DNA of 64,000 nt, taken from Dehalococcoides mccartyi (GTDB lineage Bacteria; Chloroflexota; Dehalococcoidia; UBA2979). The DNA lies in contig CAMBFG010000003.1 of assembly GCA_945865925.1 (NCBI GenBank), forward strand, positions 9,522 to 73,521, given 5' to 3'. The position numbers were made by a program, and so were the translations under genes. The notes under the pieces are model-generated. The model made no database searches. It saw only the letters and a program-made list of their open reading frames with translations, and was not told the DNA's origin. This document shows, one piece after another, positions 52,452 through 61,927 of this stretch. Every line of letters begins with the position of its first letter. Position 1 is the first letter of the stretch.

Positions 52452-54406
52452 CTAGCGCGCCTTCACGATCATCAGCGTGGCGTTGAGACCGTTCGGGAAC
52501 GTCGCGTTGAACTCGGCGTTCACGAATGCGGGGGCGCCAATGACGAGGGTGATCAACTTGCCGTTGGCCGTCGCGGAGGCCGTGACGAGCACCGGGACGT
52601 TCGCAGCACCGGCTGCATCCAGTTCGGCCACCGTACCGCTGAAGGAAGTGAGGGAGACGCCCGTCGGAGCGATCGAACCGATGGGGAACGTGAGGGACTT
52701 CGTGTAGAAGACATCGCCACAAACCGTCACCCCAGGGCTGGCGACGGTGATCCAGACGGTCTGGCAGATCTGCCCCGTCGCCGTCACCGTGACGGTCTCC
52801 GTGATCACAATCGATGCGGCCGCCGTACAGCCGCCCGCACCGATGTTGATGTTGTAGTCGGCGATGCCCTGCGGGATCGAGATCAGCGTCCCCGCAGCGA
52901 CCACCGGCAGCGTGCTACAGCCGGTCGTGGCGTTGCTGACCACCGAGGGCGCGGTGAACGTGCCGGGGCCGGGCGTGACCATCTGGACGAGCCACGGGCC
53001 GGGCGCTGTCGCGACCATGGGGGTGATCGTGAAGATGCAGGTGAACACGTTCTTCGTCGAAGTCGGCAGGCAGACCTTCGTAGCTGCTGGGCCGGGAGCT
53101 GGTGGCGTGTAAACGACGCTCGCGCAGGCCGTCGTGGGTGGCACGGCGGCCACCATGTAGAAGGACTGGCAGAGTTGGCCGCTGGCAGTCACGGTGATCG
53201 TTTCGAGGAACTGCACCGACCACGTGTAGCCCGGGCAGCCACTCGATCCAATCGTCGCGTTGTAGCTGGTCGTACTCGTCATCGCGACCCCCGAAGGTGC
53301 CTGGGCACACCCGATCACCACGCCGACCGTTGGCGTTGGGAGGATGGTGCCGGGGCCGGTCATCGGCGGGCCTGGGGGCTCGTTGACGTGGATCTGGTCA
53401 TTCGCGATGGCGGGGAACGCCGGGACGACGGTGAAAATGCAGGCGTAGCGGTTGGGCGTCGATGTCAGGACGCAGGTCTTCGTCGCCGACGGGACGCCCG
53501 GCATCGCCGGCGGCGTGTAGGTCACGTTCGCGCAGGCCGTCGTCGGCGGCACAGCAGCCACCATGTAGAAGGCCTGACAGATCTGACCGGTCGCGCTCAC
53601 ATCGATGGTTTCGAGGAACTGCACCGACCACGTGTAGCCCGGGCAGCCGCTCGACCCGATGGTCGCGTGGAAGCCGTAGGAGCTGGTCACCACCACGGGG
53701 GTCGGGTCTGAGCGCAGCCGCTCACCACTCCGACCGTCGGTGTGCCCACGAGGTTGTAGCCGGGGTTGGGGACGACGGGGATCGGCGCCTCATTCACGTG
53801 GATGATGTCGCCCGCGACGGCCGGGAACGCCGGGACGACCGTGAAGACGCAGGTGTACCGGTTCGGCGTCGACGTGAGGGTGCAGATCTTGGTGGCCGAG
53901 GGGGGAGGTGGCGCGGTTGGCGGCGTGTACGTGACAGAGGCGCAACCCTGCACGGGGGGCGACGCGGCAGTGATCCAGACGTTCTGACAGACCTGGCCGG
54001 TTGCGCTGACGGTGACCGTCTCTGTGACGGTCACGGTGGCGGTCGCGAGGCAACCACTCCCACCGACGGTCACGTCGTAGTCCGCGTTTCCAGATGGACT
54101 GCTGATGAAGGTGCCCGCAGTGATGCTCACGGGCCCGCAACCGGTCGCCGACACGACCGTCGGCTGTGACGCGAAGGTGCCGGAACCGGGGCTGACCATC
54201 TGCACTAGCCAGGACCCCGCGCCCGTCGCGATGGCCGGCGTGATCACGAAACTACAGGTGTACTGGTTCGAGCCTGTGAGCGTGCATGACTTCGATGCTG
54301 AGGCGGCGCTGGCAGGGGTCGTCTGCAGCAGGGCGAGCACGGCGAACAGTCCGACCACGACTATCTGCACCAGCAGTCGCCTCGAAATCAAGCGCACGGG
54401 GCACAT
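52452..54406 (-). pseudogene. Secreted Cys-rich four-module surface protein with a C-terminal GAPxFVN module; 1-nt frameshift near 53697-53706 (real lesion or sequencing error)
   Basis: ORFs 53687-54412 and 52452-53696 join into one repeat protein if one G is added to the GGGGG or GGG run. Confidence 0.75.
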
Positions 54407-54532
54407 CCTCACATCGAGAAGCCGAGCCTCAGGTGGCTCGGCGTGATGCGCACGCTACGCCCTCGATGACGTTATGTGGCACGACCGAAGATTTGCGCCT
54501 ACCTCGACGCCGGGGGTGACGCCTCGGAGTGC

Positions 54533-55852
54533 CTACTTCGTCAGGGCGACGCGCCAGACCTTGCCATCGTCCTCCTGGGTGACGACGGCGATGCCCTGGC
54601 CCACCATCTTGGCGAGGTGGGAGCGGATCTGGCCCCCCGCGGCACGCCGCAGGCCCTTCTGGATCTCGGGGTAGAGCGCGCGGCGAATCTGGCGGTCGGT
54701 CGCGTAGCCCTTATCGATGAGATCGATGATCTGGCGGTCACGTGTCGCGCGGTGGTCGAGCAGTTCCTGCACCTTCGCGTCGGTCGCGGTCACGGTGGGG
54801 CCATGGCCCGGGGCGAAGAGCGTGGCCTGCAGTTCGCGCATGCGCAGCAGAGAGTCGAGGTACTGCTTCATGTCGCCGGCGGGCGGTGGGCCGATGGCGC
54901 TCGTGCCGACGCCGAGGACATTGTCGCCAGTGAAGAGGATGCGCAGGTCTTCTACCCAGTAGCAGTTGTGGCCGGCGGTGTGGCCCGGCGTGTGGACCGC
55001 CTGCACCGTGAGACCGCCGACGCGGAACGTCTCGCCGTCTGAGAGCGGACGGTCGATCGGCGTCGCGAGGGCTTCGGCACGCCAGGCGGCGACGCGCTCC
55101 TCGAGATCCTCTTCGTCCGGCAGGTCCTCGTTGCCCTGGGAGGGCGTGGGCGGTGTGTGCAGCAGCACCTCGTCGATCGGGTTGATGGCAGTCTCGGCCT
55201 TGAGCAGTTCGCGCAGTTGGCGCGCACCCGACGAGTGGTCGTAGTGGTGGTGCGTCATCGCGATGGTCTTGAAGTCGAGGTGGCCCATCTCGCTCGTGAA
55301 GAACTTCGAGCGCTCGCCGATCGACTGCTTGTCGCCGTAGCCCGCGTCCAGCAGCGCGGCCTCGCGACCGTCCTTCAGCACCCAGACATTCGAGGTGGGG
55401 AACGTGCGGGTGAACTGCTTCACGATGACGACGTGCTGCGTGAGGTGGTCGTTCACGACGTTCACGCGCGACTCGATGGTCTCCTTGGCGGCGGCTTTCT
55501 TCGTCACGGCCTTCTTTGCAGCGGGCTTCAGAGCAGCCTTCGTCACGATCTTCTTAACGACGACCTTCTTCACGACGGTCTTCGGCGCGGGCTTCCTCGC
55601 AGCGGGCTTGCGCGCCGGCGTCTTCCTCACGACCGGCTTCTTCGCCGCAGGCTTACGGGCCAGCGCCTTCTTCGCGACCGGCTTCTTTGCCGCAGGCTTA
55701 CGGGCCGGCGCCTTCTTCGCTGCGGGCTTCGAGGCGGGGCGCTTGGGGGCGGGCTTGCGGACCACCGGCTTCTTGGCGGCGGGCTTCACCTTCGCTGCGG
55801 GCCTCTTCTTGGCGACTGGCTTCTTCGCAGCAGGCTTCTTCGCAGCGACCAT
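54533..55852 (-). CDS. LACTB2-like metallo-beta-lactamase-fold protein with an N-terminal histone-H1-like PAAKK tail and C-terminal winged helix
   Basis: THHHYDH, HTPGHTAGH, FTGDNVLG, PGHGP; first ~125 aa are KKPAA repeats. Confidence 0.8.
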   Translation of the reverse strand: MVAAKKPAAKKPVAKKRPAAKVKPAAKKPVVRKPAPKRPASKPAAKKAPARKPAAKKPVAKKALARKPAAKKPVVRKTPARKPAARKPAPKTVVKKVVVKKIVTKAALKPAAKKAVTKKAAAKETIESRVNVVNDHLTQHVVIVKQFTRTFPTSNVWVLKDGREAALLDAGYGDKQSIGERSKFFTSEMGHLDFKTIAMTHHHYDHSSGARQLRELLKAETAINPIDEVLLHTPPTPSQGNEDLPDEEDLEERVAAWRAEALATPIDRPLSDGETFRVGGLTVQAVHTPGHTAGHNCYWVEDLRILFTGDNVLGVGTSAIGPPPAGDMKQYLDSLLRMRELQATLFAPGHGPTVTATDAKVQELLDHRATRDRQIIDLIDKGYATDRQIRRALYPEIQKGLRRAAGGQIRSHLAKMVGQGIAVVTQEDDGKVWRVALTK

Positions 55853-55915
55853 GGCGCACCACCCCTCGGCGGCGCATGGTACACCGCCACATCCGCCCGG
55901 TACCCTCGGGCGACG

Positions 55916-56890
55916 ATGCCACGCGCGACCTCGAAGGCTCCCCATGCGACACGTCCGTACGTGCTGCCGCCAGCCCGGCGGCGAGCGGTGCAGCGACGCC
56001 TGCTCGAGTGGTACGACGCGCACGCGGAACCGTTCCCCTGGCGCGAAGCACGCGACCCGTATGCCGCGCTGGTAGCTGCCGTCTGCGCACAGCAGACGCA
56101 GATCGCGCGTGTGCTGGAGATCTACGCACGCTGGATGGCGGCCTTCCCGACGCTCGCCGACCTCGCGAGGGCTGACCGCGCCTCGGTGCTGCAAACGTGG
56201 GGCCGCGCGGGATACCCGAGGCGCGCCGTCAGCCTGCACGAGACGGCTCGGCGGTGCGTGGCGGAGCACAGCGGCGCGCTGCCGCGCGACCCGGAGGCGC
56301 TGCTGGCTCTGCCGGGGATCGGGCCGTTCACTGCCGCCATCGTGCGCACGTTCGGGTTCGAGGAGGATGCGCCCCCCGTCGACACGAACATCGTGCGCGT
56401 CGTGGGGCGGCTGGTGTTCGGCGACCTGCAACCGGCGCGGGACACCCCTCGCGCGGAGATCGATACGGCGACGGCAGCACTGTTCCCCCCGGGCGAGGGC
56501 GCGCGCTGGAACCCGGCGCTGATGGACTACGGCGCGCGCATCTGCACGCCCCGCCCGAGGTGCGAGGTGTGCGTGGTGGCCTCAATGTGCGCGGCGCGAC
56601 CTCGGTTCGCGGCAGGCGAGGTGGCGGAACCGGTGCGCGCACAGGGCGCCTTCGAGGGCTCGGAACGGCAGACGCGCGGGCGGGTGATGCAGGTGCTGCG
56701 TGACGCAGCGGGTGATGCAGCGAGTGACGCCGAGGGCGCGTCGGTGACCCTCGGCGTGCTCACGAAGCGGGCGGGCGCCACGACAGCCGAGGAGCGAGCG
56801 CGGGTGCGTATGCTCCTCGGACGGCTCGCGGACGAGGGACTGGCGTGGACGGATGGCCGTCGCGCGGGCCTCGGGCAGCGGCCGGCGTAG
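55916..56890 (+). CDS. mutY: HhH-GPD DNA glycosylase, MutY-like, without the C-terminal NUDIX domain
   Basis: PWR, QQTQ, GY.RRA..LH, LPGIGP, VDTNIVRV, four-Cys Fe-S motif. Confidence 0.75.
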   Translation: MPRATSKAPHATRPYVLPPARRRAVQRRLLEWYDAHAEPFPWREARDPYAALVAAVCAQQTQIARVLEIYARWMAAFPTLADLARADRASVLQTWGRAGYPRRAVSLHETARRCVAEHSGALPRDPEALLALPGIGPFTAAIVRTFGFEEDAPPVDTNIVRVVGRLVFGDLQPARDTPRAEIDTATAALFPPGEGARWNPALMDYGARICTPRPRCEVCVVASMCAARPRFAAGEVAEPVRAQGAFEGSERQTRGRVMQVLRDAAGDAASDAEGASVTLGVLTKRAGATTAEERARVRMLLGRLADEGLAWTDGRRAGLGQRPA

Positions 56891-56901
56891 GAGGAGACGA
56901 G

Positions 56902-57546
56902 ATGGCGAAGCAGATCTACGCGGACGCGACCATCACCATCGAGATCGTCCCAGCGCTCGGGCGGTTCGCGAACAACACCTACATCCTGCGCCCCGCCTCG
57001 GGTGGCCCCGCGACGGTCATCGATGTACCGGAGGGCGCCGAGGCCGTCGTGGCAGCACTGGGCGACACGCCCGTCGAGCGGATCGTGGTGACGCACCACC
57101 ACAGCGACCACTGGCTCGGCTTCGACATCCTGCGCGCGCACACGCCCGCACCCGTCTTCGCCGGCGCCACCGAGACCAACCTCGATGCCACACGCAACGT
57201 CCAGCCGCTCGCCGACGGCGCGACCTTCGAGGTGGGCAGCGCCACGGTGCGCGCGATCCACACGCCGGGGCACACGCCTGGCTCGACGTGCTTCCTCGTC
57301 GGCGGGGCGCTGATCACGGGCGACACGCTGTTCCCCGGTGGCCCCGGCCGCACCGGCTCCGCCGAGAACCTCCAGCAGGAGATCGCCTCGATCACCTCGC
57401 GCCTGTTCGTCCTGCCGCCGGAGACGCTCGTCCTCCCCGGCCACGGCCCGAGCACGACGATCGGCGCCTCGCAGGCGGAGTACGCCGTCTACGCCTCGAA
57501 GTCGCACCCGGCCGACCTCAAGGGTGACGTGCTGTGGGAGATGTAG
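56902..57546 (+). CDS. MBL-fold hydrolase (glyoxalase II-like)
   Basis: THHHSDH, HTPGHTPG, TGDTLF, PGHG; AGGAGG RBS. Confidence 0.88.
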   Translation: MAKQIYADATITIEIVPALGRFANNTYILRPASGGPATVIDVPEGAEAVVAALGDTPVERIVVTHHHSDHWLGFDILRAHTPAPVFAGATETNLDATRNVQPLADGATFEVGSATVRAIHTPGHTPGSTCFLVGGALITGDTLFPGGPGRTGSAENLQQEIASITSRLFVLPPETLVLPGHGPSTTIGASQAEYAVYASKSHPADLKGDVLWEM

Positions 57547-57567
57547 GGGGCGCCGCTCGCTGATGAC

Positions 57568-57789
57568 TTACTCCGGACGCGTGCTGCGCCACTTGGCGCC
57601 ATACGGCAGTACGAACAAGTACAGACCGGTGAACAGAAGCGCGAAGAGCGGGGGCAGCGGCAAGTAGAACACCCAGGCGGCGGACTCCTGCTGTCCCAGT
57701 CCCAGGACAACGAAGCAACCGATGACAGTCGCCGTAAAGGCCATCGACACCCAGCGGTGTACCTGCCGAAGCCACTTGTTCCAGTTCAT
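57568..57789 (-). CDS. Small two-TM membrane protein
   Basis: MNWNKWLRQVHRWVSMAF...LLFTGLYLFVLPY; GAGGAG RBS. Confidence 0.75.
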   Translation of the reverse strand: MNWNKWLRQVHRWVSMAFTATVIGCFVVLGLGQQESAAWVFYLPLPPLFALLFTGLYLFVLPYGAKWRSTRPE

Positions 57790-57927
57790 TGGGCACTCCT
57801 CTGGATGAGATCTGAATACATGGACGAGGATCGGCGAAACGATACCGCCCGAACCTGACGTTTGACCCTCCCCCGCCTCCCGGTAGGATGGCCGAGACCT
57901 CCCACACATCACCGGAAACGGGATCCT

Positions 57928-59220
57928 GTGCCCGAATTGATGCCCCTCGCGTCGCCGCACCTGACTACGTTCACCAACGGGTTGCGGCTCCTCGTCACGC
58001 CGATGCCGTACGCGCGGTCGGCGGCCGCCTCGATCTATGTGGCGGCGGGGTCGCGGTATGAGGCGACGCCGGCGGAGGGCGGGCTGTCGCATTTCCTCGA
58101 GCACCTGCTGTTCAAGGGGACGGAGCGCCGCCCGAAGCCGCTCGATATCTCGATGGAGATCGACCGCATCGGCGGCAACATCAACGCGGCGACGAACCGC
58201 GAACTGACCGTCTACTACGCGAAGGTCACCCCGGAGTACCTCGGCGGCGCCGTCGACATCCTGGGCGACATGATCCGGAACTCCGTGCTGCCCGACCACG
58301 AGATCGAGCGCGAGCGCGACGTCATCCTCGAAGAGTTGGCAGCCGTCGAGGACTCTCCGCCGGAGCAGGTGGGCGTGATCCTCGACGAGACGCTGTGGCC
58401 GGGGCAGCCGCACGGGCGTGACATCGCGGGCACAGACGAGTCCGTCGAGGGTCTGAGTGCCGCCGCGATCCGCGAGTACTACCAGCGTCAGTACGTGCCG
58501 AACGCGACCGTCGTCTCGATCGCAGGCGCCGTCGATCCCGCCGAGGTGCGCGAGATGGTCGGTCTGGCCTTCGAGGACTGGCGCGCGGGGGACCCACTGC
58601 CGTGGGTGCCGAACTTGCGCAATGCCGGCCACCCATTGGTCACGGTCCACGACAAGGACACCGAGCAGGTCCACCTCTCCTTCGGTCTCCACGGTGTCGC
58701 CTCCGACGACGACGACCGCTACGCGCTTGACCTGCTCTCGGTAATCCTCGGCGAGGGGATGTCATCGAGGCTGTTCGCACGGCTGCGCGAAGAACTCGCG
58801 CTCTGCTACGACATCCACTCCTACATCGCGACGCTGCGCGACTGCGGGATGTTCGGCGTGTACGCGGGCGTCGACCCCGAGCGGGCGATCGAGGCGGTGC
58901 GCGAGATCGCGAAGGAGCTGGCGCGCGCGTGTGCGCCGGTCGGTGCGGACGAACTGTCACGCGCGAAGGCCGTCACACGATCGCGCACCCAGTTGCGCCT
59001 GGAGGACTCGCGTTCCGTGTCCGCGTTGTACGGCTCCCAGGCGATCCTCGGGCTCCCGCTCAAGACGCCGGAGCAGACGCTGGCCCGCTCGGCGGCCGTG
59101 ACGGTCGAAGAGGTCGAGCGGGTGGCCATCCGTGTGATGCGCGGAGGCGGCCTGCATGTCGCAGCGGTCGGGCAAGTCGACGCGAAGGCCCTCGAAGCCG
59201 CCGTGGTGTTCGAGCCATGA
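57928..59220 (+). CDS. M16 (pitrilysin-family) zinc peptidase
   Basis: GSRYE, HFLEHLLFKGT (HxxEH), ILGEGMSSRLF. Confidence 0.92.
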   Translation: MPELMPLASPHLTTFTNGLRLLVTPMPYARSAAASIYVAAGSRYEATPAEGGLSHFLEHLLFKGTERRPKPLDISMEIDRIGGNINAATNRELTVYYAKVTPEYLGGAVDILGDMIRNSVLPDHEIERERDVILEELAAVEDSPPEQVGVILDETLWPGQPHGRDIAGTDESVEGLSAAAIREYYQRQYVPNATVVSIAGAVDPAEVREMVGLAFEDWRAGDPLPWVPNLRNAGHPLVTVHDKDTEQVHLSFGLHGVASDDDDRYALDLLSVILGEGMSSRLFARLREELALCYDIHSYIATLRDCGMFGVYAGVDPERAIEAVREIAKELARACAPVGADELSRAKAVTRSRTQLRLEDSRSVSALYGSQAILGLPLKTPEQTLARSAAVTVEEVERVAIRVMRGGGLHVAAVGQVDAKALEAAVVFEP

Positions 59221-59702
59221 CCGGCTGGGGCGCACCCGGCGCGGGCATCGAGGCTGACCCGGACGCCCTCGTGCGGCGCGCGGAGCAGCCGGATGCGAAC
59301 CCGGAGCGGATTCTGCTGGTCGTGCGCCGTGTCGAGGACGGCGCGATGCTGCTCGCGCGCTGGCCGGACGCGCAACCGATGCTGCTCTCCCTGGATGCCC
59401 CCCACCCGGACGAGGGCTTCGCGGAGGGCATCGCGCGGCTGTTGCGGTCGCGCTTCGCGGTGACGGCGGGCACGCCTCGGCTGCATGCGGAGCGGTTGCC
59501 GGTGCGGATGCAGCATCCCGCGAAGGGCAGCGAGACGATGGGGTTCCTCCGCGTCGCCGCCGTCGAGGTGAGCGGTGAGCCGGCGCCGGACGGCGCCCTC
59601 GCCGGCATCGAGGCGCTCACCGCCGACGAGGCCGCGCAAACACTCTCGACTGACCTCGAACGTCGCGCGCTCGCGCTCGGGCTGGCGCTGCTCGACCTGT
59701 AG
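59217..59702 (+). CDS. Hypothetical protein (possible degenerate NUDIX-like fold)
   Basis: ATGA overlap with the M16 gene; no intact Nudix box. Confidence 0.55.
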   Translation: MTGWGAPGAGIEADPDALVRRAEQPDANPERILLVVRRVEDGAMLLARWPDAQPMLLSLDAPHPDEGFAEGIARLLRSRFAVTAGTPRLHAERLPVRMQHPAKGSETMGFLRVAAVEVSGEPAPDGALAGIEALTADEAAQTLSTDLERRALALGLALLDL

Positions 59703-59722
59703 GTCTGCGGTAGTCTCCGCCG

Positions 59723-60517
59723 ATGGCCGACATCGACGTCAACATCGACCCCGTTCAGCACAACCGTGACGCCTGGGACCGCCTCGTCGAGCAGGGGGAC
59801 GAGTGGACGTTGCCCGTGACCTCCGAGGTGATCGCGCGGGCGCGTGCGGGTGACTGGTCGGTGGTGCTGATCGGGCACGAGCCCGTGGCGCGCGACTGGT
59901 TCCCCGCGGCGCTCGCGGGAATCGATGTGCTCGCGCTCGCCTCGGGTGGCGGTCAGCAGGCGCCGGTACTCGCGGCGGCTGGCGCGCGGGTGACGGTGTT
60001 CGACAACTCGCCCAGGCAGTTGGCGCGCGACCGCGAGGTGGCGGAGCGGGATGGCCTGGAACTCGCGACTGTACTCGGCGATATGCGCGACCTGAGCGTG
60101 TTTGCGGACGGGTCGTTCGACCTCGTCTTCCACCCGGTGTCGAACCTGTTCTGCCCCGACCTCGAACCGGTGTGGCGCGAGTGCTTCCGGGTGCTCCGCC
60201 CGGGCGGGACGCTGCTCACGGGCTTCATGAACCCCGACCTGTTCGTCTTCGACCGCGACGCCGAGGGCAACCGGGGCGAACTCATGGTGCGACACGCGCT
60301 GCCGTATTCCGACCTCACGCATTTGAGCGAGGAGGAGCGGGTGCGCCTCGGTGGGCCGGGGGGCGCGCTGGAGTACAGCCACTCGATGACAGCGCAGGTC
60401 GGCGGGCAGATGGCGGCCGGGTTCCACCTCGTGGGATTCGTGGAGGCGCCGCATCACGCGGGAGTGACCAGCCAGTACATGCCGGGGTACTTCGCGACGC
60501 GGGCGGTGAAGCCGTAG
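59723..60517 (+). CDS. Class I SAM-dependent methyltransferase
   Basis: VLALASGGGQQ, VFDNS, GDMRDL, VLRPGG. Confidence 0.9.
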   Translation: MADIDVNIDPVQHNRDAWDRLVEQGDEWTLPVTSEVIARARAGDWSVVLIGHEPVARDWFPAALAGIDVLALASGGGQQAPVLAAAGARVTVFDNSPRQLARDREVAERDGLELATVLGDMRDLSVFADGSFDLVFHPVSNLFCPDLEPVWRECFRVLRPGGTLLTGFMNPDLFVFDRDAEGNRGELMVRHALPYSDLTHLSEEERVRLGGPGGALEYSHSMTAQVGGQMAAGFHLVGFVEAPHHAGVTSQYMPGYFATRAVKP

Positions 60518-60530
60518 GGCGGCCCTCGGA

Positions 60531-61742
60531 CTAGCCGCCGAAGATCGGCCAGAGGATCAGCCCGGCGACGCCTGCGCCGGCCACGAGGTACGGCTCGCGC
60601 ACGCGATACCGCCGGAGCAGGCCCAATCCGACGAGCGCGATGACGGCCGTCGGCACATCGGTGATCGCGCCCTTCGCGAGCAGGACGACGGCGCCGCCGA
60701 TCGCACCGCTTGCCGCTGCAGTTGTGCCGGAGACGAACGCCTTCAACTGGCGGTTGTCGCGATGCTTCTTGAACCACGGCGCGGGCAGGATCGTGAAGAA
60801 GTAGACGGGGAGAAAGATGCCCACAGCGGCCAGTGATGCGCCAGCGATGCCCGCCACGAGGTAGCCGATGAAGGCGACGGTGATCACCACCGGGCCCGGA
60901 GTGACCAGGGCGACCGCGACCGCGTCAAGGAACTGCTGCTCGTTCAGCCAGCCGAAGTCATGGACAACACCCTCCCTCAGAAAGGGGATGATGGCGAGAC
61001 CACTGCCGAAGACAAAGGCACCGGCCTTCGTGAAGAACAACAGGATTTGCACCAGCACATGAGCGTCGTCACCGGCCGTACCGGCCTGAAGCAACGTGCG
61101 TTCCACGACCCAGATGAGCGCGGCACCACTGACCGCCACGGCCGTCAGCAAGATGCCTCGATTGGCGCCCGGCCACGCGCGGACGAGCGCGACCAGCAGG
61201 CCGGCGAGGATGAACAACACGGCGAGTTCGGTACCTGACCAGACGGTGGCAGCGAACAGGACCGTGAAGACGCTCCAGAGCAGCGGGTCGCGCTTGTTCG
61301 TGCCGACACCGAGCCGGTAAGCGGCCATCGCGATGATCGCGATGACGACAGCACCAATGCCATAGAAGAGCGCCTGCAGCCATGGCAGTCCCTCGAACGC
61401 CACGTAAGCGATGCTGAGTGCGAACACCATCAGGAATGAGGGAAGGACGAAGGCTACTCCGACGAGCGTGGCGCCAAGGATCCCTCCGGAGAAGTAGCCG
61501 ATCGCCATCGCCGTCTGGGCGGCCAGGGGGCCGGGCATGATCTGGGCCAAGGCAATGGATAGGTTGAACGTGTCCTCGTCGAGCACCTGCTGGTCGTCGA
61601 CCAGGTCGCGGCGCATGTAGCCCACGAGCGCGGCCGGGCCGCCGAACCCGATGGTGCCGAGTCGGGCGAAGTAGATAACGAGATCGCGGAGCCCGGAAGA
61701 TACCGTCTCGGTGTCCTCCGGGTCTCGTCGTTGCTTGTTCAT
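60531..61742 (-). CDS. chrA: Chromate efflux transporter (long-chain CHR)
   Basis: GTIGFGGP, MPGPLA, FVFGSG, TPGPVVI duplicated halves. Confidence 0.92.
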   Translation of the reverse strand: MNKQRRDPEDTETVSSGLRDLVIYFARLGTIGFGGPAALVGYMRRDLVDDQQVLDEDTFNLSIALAQIMPGPLAAQTAMAIGYFSGGILGATLVGVAFVLPSFLMVFALSIAYVAFEGLPWLQALFYGIGAVVIAIIAMAAYRLGVGTNKRDPLLWSVFTVLFAATVWSGTELAVLFILAGLLVALVRAWPGANRGILLTAVAVSGAALIWVVERTLLQAGTAGDDAHVLVQILLFFTKAGAFVFGSGLAIIPFLREGVVHDFGWLNEQQFLDAVAVALVTPGPVVITVAFIGYLVAGIAGASLAAVGIFLPVYFFTILPAPWFKKHRDNRQLKAFVSGTTAAASGAIGGAVVLLAKGAITDVPTAVIALVGLGLLRRYRVREPYLVAGAGVAGLILWPIFGG

Positions 61743-61927
61743 GGCACTCCGTGGGCGGGACTGTCGCGGACGAGCCTCAGTGCGTCAAATCACCATCATC
61801 GAATTGGTAATCCGACCTTCATATTCCCGTGCCCCCTGTATCCGGCTCCGCGCGTACCATCGATTTCTGGCGCGACCTCCCGAGGGCCCTCGACGGGCCT
61901 GGGCGCGCACTGGCGGATGGAGCACCT

